Made by a program: the position numbers and the translations under genes
Notes under the pieces: generated by a model
Databases searched by the model: none
What the model saw: only the letters and a program-made list of their open reading frames with translations
Told to the model about the DNA's origin: nothing
Source: Trueperaceae bacterium
GTDB lineage: Bacteria > Deinococcota > Deinococci > Deinococcales > Trueperaceae
NCBI GenBank assembly: GCA_034520945.1
Contig: JAXHNB010000005.1
Location: 96,001 to 160,000, forward strand
Reading direction: 5' to 3'
Length of the DNA: 64,000 nt
In this document: positions 38,415 to 50,618 of the stretch, piece after piece
Position numbering within the stretch: position 1 is the first letter of the stretch
Layout of the letters: every line of letters starts with the position of its first letter

Positions 38415-39100
38415 GCCGCCTCGAGCGGCGCGCCGTCCACCCGGCCGTCCTCGAGGTGCACGATGCGGCGCACGTGCCCCAACAGGCGGGGATCGTGGGT
38501 GCTGAACACGAAGGTGACGCCGCGATCCTCGTTCAAGCGGCGCAACAGGTCGATCAGATGCTGGCCGGTCGTGGAGTCGAGGTTGGCGGTCGGCTCGTCG
38601 GCCAGGATGATGTCCGGGTCGCCCGCCAGTGCGCGCGCGACGGCGACGCGCTGTTGTTGGCCGCCCGAGAGCTGGTTCGGCATGCGGGTCTCGAAGCCCT
38701 CCATCCCCAGCGCCGCCAGCGCGTCGCGGGCCCGCGCCTCGCGCGTGCGGCGGTCCACGCCGCGAAGCTCCAGCACGAAGGCGGCGTTCTCGAGCGCCGA
38801 GAGGACGGGGATCAGGTTGTACGCCTGAAACACGAAGCCCATTCGGTCCAGCCGCATGCGTGCCGCCTTGCGGCGTTCCAGGCGGTCGATGCGCGTGCCG
38901 TCCAGCACCACCTGGCCGGCGTCGGGGCGGTCCAGGGCGCCCATCAGGTGCAGCAGCGTGGACTTGCCGCTGCCCGAGGGGCCGGCGATCGCCGTGAACT
39001 CGCCCCGCTCGATGGTGAGGTCGACGCCGCGGAGGGCGTGCGTCACGACGTCGCCCACCTGGTAGCTCTTGCGGAGATCGGACACCGCGTACAGGGACAT
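38411..39100 (-). CDS. LolD/MacB-type ABC ATPase
   Basis: GPSGSGKST, GFVFQAYNLIP, LSGGQQQRVA, ADEPTANLD, STHD. Confidence 0.93.
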   Translation of the reverse strand: MSLYAVSDLRKSYQVGDVVTHALRGVDLTIERGEFTAIAGPSGSGKSTLLHLMGALDRPDAGQVVLDGTRIDRLERRKAARMRLDRMGFVFQAYNLIPVLSALENAAFVLELRGVDRRTREARARDALAALGMEGFETRMPNQLSGGQQQRVAVARALAGDPDIILADEPTANLDSTTGQHLIDLLRRLNEDRGVTFVFSTHDPRLLGHVRRIVHLEDGRVDGAPLEAA

Positions 39101-39109
39101 GGGACCTCC

Positions 39110-40339
39110 TCAGGCCTGGAACCGCATCGCCTCGACCGGTTCCAGGCGCGAGGCGATCCAGGCGGGCCACAGCGCTGCGGCCAGGGCGGTGAAGACGGCG
39201 AAGCCGACCGCGAACGCGACCTGGCCCGGGGTGAGGGAGAGGTAGAACACCGGCTCGAAGCCGAACGACGCGAAGTACTCGCTCATGGCGGGGATGGTGA
39301 GCCCGTCGGCGTAGGCGGCAACGGTGCCGAGGCCGACCGCCAGGCCGGCGGCGGTGCCGAGCAGGCACAGGAACACGCTTTCGGTGGCGATCATGCCGAG
39401 CACGCGCCCGTCGCCCGCCCCGAGGGCGTGGATGACGCCGAACTCGCGGATGCGTTCCATCACGCTCAGGTAGACGGTGTTCAACACCAACAGGCCCGCC
39501 AGCACGAAGAACATGATCGACACGGCGAACAACATCGGGTCCAACGTGTCCAGCAGCGAGGACAGCGCCGGATCCACCGCCTGCCAGTCCAGCGCCTCCA
39601 ACTGCGGAAGGGCCTCGTCCAACGCCGCGGCCAGCTCGCGGGCCACCGTGTCGTCACTCAGGTGCACCAGCTCGGTCCCGTGGACCTCGAAGCGGTGGAC
39701 GGCGCCGGGCGCGGCCAGCGCCTGGGCCTCCGCCAGCGTCGTCCAGGCGGTCGCGATCTCCTGGTTGGGATCGGCCAGGTTCACGGTGCCGACCAGGCGG
39801 TACGCCGCGGCGCCGAACCCTTCGCCGCCCGGGGCGTACGCGAACACGTCGTCGCCGATTTCGACGTCGAGGGCGCGGGCCAGCGACGCCCCCAACACGA
39901 TCTCGGCGTCGCCCTCCAGGAAGCGTCCGTTCAGGGTGGCTCCGTCCAGGCGCCTCTCCACCATTCGTTCGGGCCAATCCTGGCCGCGCACGGCCATGCC
40001 GCGCGAGCGAACCTCGCCGGACAACAGCGTGGGGACCTCCAGTACGCCGACCACCAGCGGCGCGTCCAGCATGTCGTGGGCGATTTCGTCGATCTGGGCC
40101 CGCACCGTCGTGGCGTCGCGGATCAGGGCGTCGTCCAACGCCCGGGCGTCGCGCCACCCCGGGGCGCGGACCTGGGCGTGGCCGCCCTGCTGCGTCAGGT
40201 TCTGGTACAGGCTGTTCTTGGAGGCGCCGCCGAACCCGAAGTAGACCAGGCTCAGCGCCACCACCACCGCCACCGCGCCGGCGGTCACCAGGCTTCGGCG
40301 GCGTTGACGCCACAGGTTGCGCCACGCCAGCAGGATCAC
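39110..40339 (-). CDS. FtsX/LolE-like ABC permease
   Basis: LAWRNLWRQRRRS, SVMERIREFGV, PAWIASRLEPVEAMR. Confidence 0.9.
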   Translation of the reverse strand: MILLAWRNLWRQRRRSLVTAGAVAVVVALSLVYFGFGGASKNSLYQNLTQQGGHAQVRAPGWRDARALDDALIRDATTVRAQIDEIAHDMLDAPLVVGVLEVPTLLSGEVRSRGMAVRGQDWPERMVERRLDGATLNGRFLEGDAEIVLGASLARALDVEIGDDVFAYAPGGEGFGAAAYRLVGTVNLADPNQEIATAWTTLAEAQALAAPGAVHRFEVHGTELVHLSDDTVARELAAALDEALPQLEALDWQAVDPALSSLLDTLDPMLFAVSIMFFVLAGLLVLNTVYLSVMERIREFGVIHALGAGDGRVLGMIATESVFLCLLGTAAGLAVGLGTVAAYADGLTIPAMSEYFASFGFEPVFYLSLTPGQVAFAVGFAVFTALAAALWPAWIASRLEPVEAMRFQA

Positions 40340-41127
40340 TCGTCGCACCCGCGTTCCAGGGCCTGTTGCGTGAAGCACCGCTCCGGCGGCGAGACGTCGT
40401 CCTCGACCTCGGTCCACTCGGCGACGGTGCGGCCGCCTTCGCGGGTCAGGTCGGTCACCTCGAAGCGGCGCGGCACGCGGTGGCCGGACGGCGTCGTCTC
40501 GAACGCGGAGAAGCGCAGCCGCTTCACCACCTGGTCACGCTGATCGAAGTAGTCCAGCGCCAGCGGCGCCAGGTCCGGCAGCGAGGCCGTAAAGCGCAGC
40601 TCGCCGTACGGCGTTGGCGCGCCGGTTCGCGGAAGCAGGGAAAGCTCGACCTCCTCCTCCCGCCACTCCGCCACGCTGGCGTCGTAGCGGTCCCGCAACT
40701 CGTCGCCCGCCAGGTCGTCGTACGACAGGTCGCTGCCGAGGAAGCCGTCGCTGCGTCCCGAGGGCGGCAACCGCAGCACGCGCCCCAGCCGCGGCGAGTA
40801 CACGAACAGTTCGCTTCCGTCCACCAGGAACGCCTGGCCGGCGTCGCGCGGCGGTTCGATCACGCGCGTGAGGGAGCGCTCGGTGCCGTCCGAGACGATC
40901 TCGAGGCGGTACGTGCGCGTTTCACTGGGGCGTTCGACGGTGAGGTGCATGGTGGCGCGCTGGCCGCTGCCGCGAAGGTTTTCGACCATCGCGTCCAGGA
41001 TCGCGTCCGCGTCGCGTGGTACCTCCGGGTCCTCTTGGGCTGAGCCGGCCCCGAAGGCGAGCAGCAGTGACGCCACGAGCGCGGCGACGGCAAGGGCACG
41101 GCGGGAAGGTAGGGGATGGAACGACAT
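40336..41127 (-). CDS. LolA-like (outer-membrane lipoprotein-sorting family) periplasmic protein
   Basis: Signal peptide; PPRDAGQAFL, FLGSDLSYDDL, DYFDQ, FTQQALER; GGAGG SD. Confidence 0.8.
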   Translation of the reverse strand: MSFHPLPSRRALAVAALVASLLLAFGAGSAQEDPEVPRDADAILDAMVENLRGSGQRATMHLTVERPSETRTYRLEIVSDGTERSLTRVIEPPRDAGQAFLVDGSELFVYSPRLGRVLRLPPSGRSDGFLGSDLSYDDLAGDELRDRYDASVAEWREEEVELSLLPRTGAPTPYGELRFTASLPDLAPLALDYFDQRDQVVKRLRFSAFETTPSGHRVPRRFEVTDLTREGGRTVAEWTEVEDDVSPPERCFTQQALERGCDE

Positions 41128-41138
41128 GCGCACCTCCA

Positions 41139-42377
41139 TCAGTCGGCCGCCCGCATCGCCTCGCTGGGGATCAGGGATCGTACGCGGCGGGCGGGGGTGA
41201 GGGCGGCGAACACCGCGGCCAGGGCCACGGTGACGCCCGCGAAGGCGAGGTACTGAAACCGCAGGTCGGTGCGGAGGTCGTCGCTGAGGGCCAGCCCTTG
41301 CAGTATGTCGCCGTAGAGGGAGCCGAACACCGGGCCGAGGACGTTGACCTGCGCCATCCAGAACAGCAGGGCGTAGCCGATCACGACGCCGGCGGCGTAG
41401 CCCAGCAGGCTGGCGAGGATCGCCTCGAACGTCACCATCCAGGCCAGCCGACCCTGGTCCAGCCCCAGCGCGATCATCACGCCGAACTCGCGCGTTCGCT
41501 CCATGACGGAGACGACCACGCTGGAGGTGACGGCGATGGCGGCGAACACGGAGAAGATCAGCCCGATGATCGCGATGCTGACGCGCTCGGTCTCCAGCCC
41601 TTCCGCCAGCGAGCCCATCAGCGAGTACAGGTCGTAGGCCCGCACCTCCTGCGGCAGGGTCTCGTTCAACGCGTCGGCCACGGCGGTTTCCCGGCCAAGG
41701 GGTACCGACAGGGCGACGCCGGTGGCGGTCTCGACGCCGGACAGCGTGCGGGCGTCCTCGATGTGGACCAGGGCGGTGGTCTCGTCGACGATGGAGATGT
41801 CGGTGTCGATGATCCCGACCACCCGCAGGCCCAGGGCGGTGGGGCCGGCGGTGCTGGCGGCGTCCACGGCGATGCGTTCGCCCAGGCGCACGTCCAATCT
41901 GTCCGCGAGGTCGACGCCGAGCACCGCCTGGCCGGGCCCGTCGATCATGCGGCCCTCGGCGATGGCGGCCGGCAGGTCGCTGACCTCCCCTTCGCGTTCG
42001 GGCACGACCCCGCGGAGCTGGACGCCGGTGCTGGCGTAGGGGCTGCGCACCAGGGCCGAGAGCTCCAGGCGCGGCGCCGCCGCCCGAATGCGGGCGTCGC
42101 CGGCGGTGGCGGCCAGGACCGGCTCCACGGCGGGCAGGGCGTGCACGGGATCCGGGTCGGCGTGGTAGGCGGGCGTGGAGATCAGCACGGGCGCGGACAA
42201 GAGCCGCGCCTGACCCCGGAAGATCGAGGTGAGGAACCCGTCGGTGAAGCCCCAGAAGAACACGATCGAGGCGGTGGCGTACGCCACCACGGCGATCAGC
42301 AGCGCGGTACGGCGCCGCTGCCGGCCGAGCGAGCGCCAGGCCAGCCGCACCAGCGACGCGAAGCCGCGGACGTTCAT
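41139..42377 (-). CDS. FtsX/LolE-like ABC permease
   Basis: LAWRSLGRQRRRT, SVMERTREFGV, PARRVRSLIPSEAMR. Confidence 0.9.
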   Translation of the reverse strand: MNVRGFASLVRLAWRSLGRQRRRTALLIAVVAYATASIVFFWGFTDGFLTSIFRGQARLLSAPVLISTPAYHADPDPVHALPAVEPVLAATAGDARIRAAAPRLELSALVRSPYASTGVQLRGVVPEREGEVSDLPAAIAEGRMIDGPGQAVLGVDLADRLDVRLGERIAVDAASTAGPTALGLRVVGIIDTDISIVDETTALVHIEDARTLSGVETATGVALSVPLGRETAVADALNETLPQEVRAYDLYSLMGSLAEGLETERVSIAIIGLIFSVFAAIAVTSSVVVSVMERTREFGVMIALGLDQGRLAWMVTFEAILASLLGYAAGVVIGYALLFWMAQVNVLGPVFGSLYGDILQGLALSDDLRTDLRFQYLAFAGVTVALAAVFAALTPARRVRSLIPSEAMRAAD

Positions 42378-42616
42378 GAGCGGCCGCCGTCGCGGTCTTC
42401 GCCAGCGCCTTCTTGCGCGGTCTTCCAGCGGTCCAGCACGGTCGCCAGCTCCCGTTCCCAGAAGCTCAGGTACGCTACGGCCTCTTCGATGCCGCTACGG
42501 GCCGCTGGGGGTTCGTCGCGCATCAGCGCCGCGCCCTGTTCGGCCACTTCGCGGAGGGACCGCATGGAGGCCGCCCCGCGCACCGCCTGGGAGGTCTCGG
42601 CGACGTGGGGCCCATC
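42374..42616 (-). pseudogene. C-terminal remnant of a GbsR/MarR-like regulator
   Basis: LREVAEQGAALMRDEPPAARSGIEEAVAYLSFWERELATVLDRW resembles the C-terminal helices of this family. No HTH half; the sequence abuts the cutA stop and overlaps the permease ATG. Confidence 0.5.
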
Positions 42617-42935
42617 AGGGGGCGCAGGCGTCGCGCACCCAGTCGAGGTAGGGCGCGGCGCCGGCCACGATCGGCCAGGCCACCACGCACGGTTCCTCGT
42701 AGGGGTGCACCTCGCACGCGGCTTCGATCGCCTCGTCGACCCGGTCGGCGCGGGTCTTGAGGAGCATGGCGACCTCGCCCTCGTCGTGCGTGCGTCCGCG
42801 CCAGCGGTACAACGAGCGCATCGGCGGCAGCACGTTGGCGCACGCGATCAGGCCCCGCTCCAGCAGCGCCTCGGCGATCATGGCGGCCTGTTCCTCGTCG
42901 GCGGCGGTCAGGTACAGGGTGCGTACGTCGGTCAT
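42615..42935 (-). CDS. cutA: Divalent-cation tolerance protein CutA
   Basis: LIACAN, SLYRWRG, LLKT, HPYEEPC, YLDWV. Confidence 0.93.
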   Translation of the reverse strand: MTDVRTLYLTAADEEQAAMIAEALLERGLIACANVLPPMRSLYRWRGRTHDEGEVAMLLKTRADRVDEAIEAACEVHPYEEPCVVAWPIVAGAAPYLDWVRDACAP

Positions 42936-43055
42936 GCCCCTCAGGATACGCGCCCGTGCGCAGCGGGGCCGCCGCCGATGGCGCTCCGGACGCGCCTGGC
43001 GCGCACGTTCGCCCGCGGCCGAGGGCAGGCGGCGTGGAGCGGTACACTGCCGGGG

Positions 43056-45716
43056 ATGAGTACCTTCGAACCCGAGCGCCTCCAGCGCTTCTTCCAGGAG
43101 CACCCCGAACGGCCGTGGCACGTGCAGGACGTTCAAAAGGAGTTGGAGGTCGATGATCGGGCCGAGCTGAAACGCGCGCTGGACGCGTTGGTGGACGCCG
43201 GCGCGCTGGTCCGTACCCGACGCCGCACCTATGGACTTCCCGAAGAGATGAACCTGATCCCCGGCCGCCTGCAGGTCGCCGCGGGCGGGTACGGCTTCGT
43301 GATCCGCGACTCCGGGGAGGGCAAGGACCTGTTCGTCCCGGCCGACAAGCTAGGGGGCGCGTGGGACGGCGACAAGGTTTTGGCCCGCCCCAACCAGCTC
43401 AAGGAGGACGACGACAGGCCGGCCGGCGAGGTGGTTCGCATCGTCGAGCGCCGGAACGCCGTCGTCGTCGGCACGCTGGAGTACGCGCAGGGGTACGCCA
43501 TCCTGCGGCCCGACAGCCCACGCCTGCGCGAGCGCATCCTGCTCACCCCCGATTCGGTCGGCAAGCTGGACGGCGGCCTGCGCCTGATGGTGCGCATGAT
43601 CTGGCCGGAGGAGAGCGGCGAGCGCGAACCGTTCGGGCAGGTCGAGGAGGTCCTGGGCGAGCAGGACGACCCCGAGGTCGAGACCCGCGCCGTGATCGTG
43701 AAGCACGACCTCAAGGAGACGTACGATCCCGACACGCTGGCCGAGGCGGCGGCGGTGCCGGATCACGTCACGGCCGAGATGATGGAGGGCCGCACGGACT
43801 ACCGCGACGTGCCCACCTTCACCATCGACGGCGCCGACGCCAAGGACTTCGACGACGCCATCAGCCTGGAGCGGCTCAAGGGGAAGGACGGCGGCACGCG
43901 TGGGAACCTGAGGATCGGGGTTCACATCGCGGACGTCAGCTACTACGTGGCCGAGGGCACCAGCCTGGACCGCGAGGCGCGCGAGCGGGCCACCACCTGC
44001 TACCTGCCCGGCCGGGTGCTCCCGATGCTGCCGGAGGAGCTGAGCAACGGCATCTGTAGCTTGATCGAAGGCACCCCGCGCCTGGCGCTCTCGGCGTTCG
44101 CCGACGTCACGCGCGAGGGCGAGGTGACGTCGGTCGAGTTCAAGGAGACGGTGATCGCCTCCGACGCCCGCTTCACCTACGAGGACGTGCAGGGCTACGC
44201 CGACGGGGGCCGCTTGCCGCACGGCAAGCGCAAGCTGGAGCGCGACGTGAAGGTGCTGCTGAACCTCGCCCAGAAGCTGCGCGAGCAGCGGCTCGGGGCG
44301 GGCGCGCTGGACTTCGACTTCACCGAGGCGAAGGTGGACGTCGACGACTCCGGCGCGCTTCACCTGCAACCGATCCGCAGCAACGCCGCCCGGCAGCTGA
44401 TCGAGGAGATGATGCTGCTGGCCAACCGGCTGGTGGCCTCGGAGCTGGAGAAGCGCGACATCCCGGCGCTGTACCGGGTGCACGAGGACCCCTCCGAGCA
44501 GAAGATCGAGGCCTTGCAGAAGTCGTTGGCGCGGCTGGGGTACACCTTGGATCTGAACCAGGCGACGCCCAAGGACCTGCAGGCGATCCTGCGGGAGGCG
44601 GCGGGCAAGCCCGAGGCGCAGCTGGTGAACACGCTGCTGCTTCGCAGCCTCAAGCAGGCACGCTACAGCAGCGAAAACCTCGGTCACTTCGGCCTGGCGT
44701 TCGAGAACTACCTCCACTTCACCAGCCCCATCCGCCGCTATCCGGACCTGGTGGTGCACCGCGTGATGCGGGCCATGCTGCAGCACCGGCTCAGCCCCAC
44801 GCTGAAGGAGCGGCTCAAGAGCGACTTCCCCGAGCTGGCCAAACACGCCAGCGAACGCGAACGCGTCGCCGAGCAGGCCGAACGCGACCTGGCGCGGTAC
44901 TACCACGCGCGCTGGGCCAAGGAACACCTGGGCGAGGTGTTCACGGGCACCGTCAGCGGCGTGACCAACTTCGGCGTGTTCGTCACGCTCCCCAACGGCA
45001 TCGAGGGCCTGATGCACGTGTCGCACCTGGAGGACGACTACTACGTGTTCCTCGAGGAGTCGTTGATGCTGATGGGCAAGTCGACGCGAACCCGCTATCG
45101 GATGGGCGACCGGCTGGAGGTGCGGTTGTACCAGGCGAATCCCACCGCACGACAGATCGATCTGATCCCCGGAAACGCCGACATGCCCGAGGTGGTGCCC
45201 GAGGAGACCCCGAAGCGCAGCAAGCCGCCCAAGAAGCTCAAGACGCCCCTTGGCGGCGCCAAGGACGCCCCGCCGTTGTCCGTGGATGCGGGCAAGGCGC
45301 GAGCCGGGGGCAAGAAGAAGGCGGCGGCCAAGGGTGGCCGGGCGGAGGCCGGCGAGGCCGCGGCGGAGGCCGGTCCGGCCAAGGCGGCCGCCAAGTCCGG
45401 CTCGAAGTCCGGCGCCAAGGGGAAGGCCGCGGCCAAGGCGAAGCCCGAGGCGAAGGAGGCCGCGGACGCCAAGCCCAAGGCCGAGGCGAAGCCGAAGCGC
45501 GGCGCCAAGAAGGACGAGGCCGAGGCGAAGCCCGCGTCCGAAGCCAAGCCCAAGCGCGGACGCAAAGCCAAGGCCGACCCGAAGGCCACGGCCGAGGCCG
45601 CGCCCGCCAAGGCCCCGCCGGCCGCGGACGCCACGCAGAACGACGCCGCCCCTGACGAGAAGGGACATCGTCGCCGGCGCCGGTTGGTGTTCGGAGACAA
45701 GGGCCCCAGGAGGTAG
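43056..45716 (+). CDS. rnr: Ribonuclease R
   Basis: N-terminal HTH and CSD (GYGFV), TIDGADAKDFDDAIS, HIADVS, HFTSPIRRYPD, S1 domain, long Lys/Ala tail. Confidence 0.96.
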   Translation: MSTFEPERLQRFFQEHPERPWHVQDVQKELEVDDRAELKRALDALVDAGALVRTRRRTYGLPEEMNLIPGRLQVAAGGYGFVIRDSGEGKDLFVPADKLGGAWDGDKVLARPNQLKEDDDRPAGEVVRIVERRNAVVVGTLEYAQGYAILRPDSPRLRERILLTPDSVGKLDGGLRLMVRMIWPEESGEREPFGQVEEVLGEQDDPEVETRAVIVKHDLKETYDPDTLAEAAAVPDHVTAEMMEGRTDYRDVPTFTIDGADAKDFDDAISLERLKGKDGGTRGNLRIGVHIADVSYYVAEGTSLDREARERATTCYLPGRVLPMLPEELSNGICSLIEGTPRLALSAFADVTREGEVTSVEFKETVIASDARFTYEDVQGYADGGRLPHGKRKLERDVKVLLNLAQKLREQRLGAGALDFDFTEAKVDVDDSGALHLQPIRSNAARQLIEEMMLLANRLVASELEKRDIPALYRVHEDPSEQKIEALQKSLARLGYTLDLNQATPKDLQAILREAAGKPEAQLVNTLLLRSLKQARYSSENLGHFGLAFENYLHFTSPIRRYPDLVVHRVMRAMLQHRLSPTLKERLKSDFPELAKHASERERVAEQAERDLARYYHARWAKEHLGEVFTGTVSGVTNFGVFVTLPNGIEGLMHVSHLEDDYYVFLEESLMLMGKSTRTRYRMGDRLEVRLYQANPTARQIDLIPGNADMPEVVPEETPKRSKPPKKLKTPLGGAKDAPPLSVDAGKARAGGKKKAAAKGGRAEAGEAAAEAGPAKAAAKSGSKSGAKGKAAAKAKPEAKEAADAKPKAEAKPKRGAKKDEAEAKPASEAKPKRGRKAKADPKATAEAAPAKAPPAADATQNDAAPDEKGHRRRRRLVFGDKGPRR

Positions 45717-45719
45717 CCG

Positions 45720-47123
45720 ATGACCGAGCCCGTGTCCGACGTTCTTCCAGAGGTACGCGTGTCGCTCACGAGGGTGTGCCTGCGCAAAGGCGAGGTCGCC
45801 ATCCCGTTCCGCGCCCGCAGCGCGTTCGAAGAGGTGCGGACCTTCCGTGCCTACGACGTAGAGGAGGACGAGGAGCACGAGCTCGAGGTTCAGTCGAACG
45901 GCCGGCTGGCCGGCCTGAAGCCGTTCATGGAACAGCGCGGGCTGGCGGTGAACGACGTGGTGGTCGTGCGGCCACAGCGGGACGGCTCGTTCGTGCTGAC
46001 GGCCGCCGCGCGCCCGCGGTCGTCCCGGCGTGACGCCCGCGCCGTCCGGCGCGCGGTCGCCTCGCTGCTGGAGGGGGGGCCACCGCGAAGCCTGGAGGAG
46101 CTGCGCGAGGACTTCGCCCTGGCCGACGATGCGCCCCTGCGGGCGGCGCTCGAGCGGGAACCGACGCTGCAGCGGCGCGCCGGCCGCTGGGGCCTGGCCG
46201 ACCCCCCCGGGCACGCGGAGGGCGGCGCCCGCCGCGAGCGGGTCACCGCGACCTCGCGTCCCGGCCCTGATCCCCGCCGCGCGTCGCTGAACAGCGTGCG
46301 TGACGGCGAGGTGTCGTCCCCCGAGGTGCTGGCGCGGGCCCGCGAAGCGTTCGACGCCCTCGGGTACGAGGTGTCCGCCGCCGGCGAGGGCACCTTGGCG
46401 CTGGGCGCGCCGATGGGCCGCAGCCGGCAGTTGGCGCTGGTGCGGGTGCTTCGCGAGGGGGAACGCCCCGACTGGGGGGACCTGATCCGCGCCGGCCGCG
46501 AGCGCGGCGCCGATGCGCTGGCGGTGCTCGGGGACGTGCGTGATCTCCATCCGCTGGAGCGGCCGGCCCGGGGGGCGCAGGCGACGCTGTGGTCGTGGGA
46601 GGGGCTCGAGCGGGCCTACGCCCTGAGCCAGACCGTCCCGATCGGCCCCGTGGACCTGGCGCCCTCCTTCGAGGAGGACGGCCTGCACGGCCAGGGACTG
46701 GAGCGCTTCGAGGCCCGCATCGAGGACCGCGTACGCGCGCGCGGCCTGTTCTCGTCGGTGGTGGCGCGCCTGGCGGAACTGCGGGCGCCGACCTCGTTCA
46801 CGCTCGGCGACCTGGAGGATGCCCCCTCCGCCTCCCGCGACGAGTTGCTCGCGGTGGTGGACCGGCTGACCGCCCCGCCGTTCCAGTGGGTCGAGCGGGT
46901 GGGCCCCGGTGAGTTCGCGTTGCGTCAGAGCGTCACGGACGGGCTGGCGCACCTGTCGCGGTACGCCGCCAGCCTCGCGCGGGATCTGCCCGACGCCACC
47001 CGCCCGCGCGTGCGGGGTCTGGACGCCACGCAGGACGACGCGGAGGCAGTGGATCTGCTGGGGCGCGACGACCTCGTCGCGGCGGGCGCAGCCGACGACG
47101 AACGGCCCGACGAGCACGGCTGA
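45720..47123 (+). CDS. Hypothetical multi-domain protein, probably nucleic-acid binding
   Basis: 467-aa ORF with host-like codon usage, AGGAGG SD, starting 3 nt after the rnr stop. Confidence 0.75.
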   Translation: MTEPVSDVLPEVRVSLTRVCLRKGEVAIPFRARSAFEEVRTFRAYDVEEDEEHELEVQSNGRLAGLKPFMEQRGLAVNDVVVVRPQRDGSFVLTAAARPRSSRRDARAVRRAVASLLEGGPPRSLEELREDFALADDAPLRAALEREPTLQRRAGRWGLADPPGHAEGGARRERVTATSRPGPDPRRASLNSVRDGEVSSPEVLARAREAFDALGYEVSAAGEGTLALGAPMGRSRQLALVRVLREGERPDWGDLIRAGRERGADALAVLGDVRDLHPLERPARGAQATLWSWEGLERAYALSQTVPIGPVDLAPSFEEDGLHGQGLERFEARIEDRVRARGLFSSVVARLAELRAPTSFTLGDLEDAPSASRDELLAVVDRLTAPPFQWVERVGPGEFALRQSVTDGLAHLSRYAASLARDLPDATRPRVRGLDATQDDAEAVDLLGRDDLVAAGAADDERPDEHG

Positions 47124-47147
47124 CGCCGGGCAGGTCGCGCGGCGGCC

Positions 47148-50225
<3,078 letters not shown>

Positions 50226-50327
50226 CGCGGAACCCCCAAATCATAGCGGCCGAGCATAGCACGGCCATGGCGCACGGCTGCAGCCGGGGACGCGGCGTCA
50301 AGGCGGCGCGAACGGCCGCGCCCGGCG

Positions 50328-50618
50328 TCAGGCTCTGGTGGGGCCTCGGCCGGGGTCCGCGGTCGCCTCGTCCCACGCCGGGTGGTCCGCGGCCGCGTCG
50401 TCCGCGGACTCGATCACGAAGGTCTGATCATGGATCGCGATCTCGTCGCCGGGCCGCAGCTTGCGCTTCTTGCGGGTCTCCACCTCGCCGTTGACCCGCA
50501 CCTCGCCCGCGCGGATCATGCGGCCGGCCCGCCCGCCCGTCTCCGCGAATCCGGCCAACTTGACGGCCGCCACGAGCGGGAGGGTGTCGTCTCCGTCGGC
50601 GTCCGGCTGCTCGGTCAT
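50328..50618 (-). CDS. S4-domain RNA-binding protein (YbcJ/YaaA-like)
   Basis: VKLAGFAETGGRA..MI..GEVRVNGEVETRKKRKLRPGD. Confidence 0.88.
   Translation of the reverse strand: MTEQPDADGDDTLPLVAAVKLAGFAETGGRAGRMIRAGEVRVNGEVETRKKRKLRPGDEIAIHDQTFVIESADDAAADHPAWDEATADPGRGPTRA

Noticed and set aside
41016..43055. Apparent 680-aa N-terminal extension of RNase R (1566-aa ORF); similar extensions on glgC, rlmN, hom, rex and dsbA
   Set aside because: The extensions overlap real genes on the opposite strand or frame. The true starts are marked by -10 or SD signals and family N-termini.
43350..47117. 1255-aa minus-strand ORF and many other long overlapping ORFs (e.g. 30554-32962, 9320-11047, 25747-27507)
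   Set aside because: Antisense or alternative-frame shadows of well-supported genes, expected in high-GC DNA with few stop codons; no recognisable motifs.
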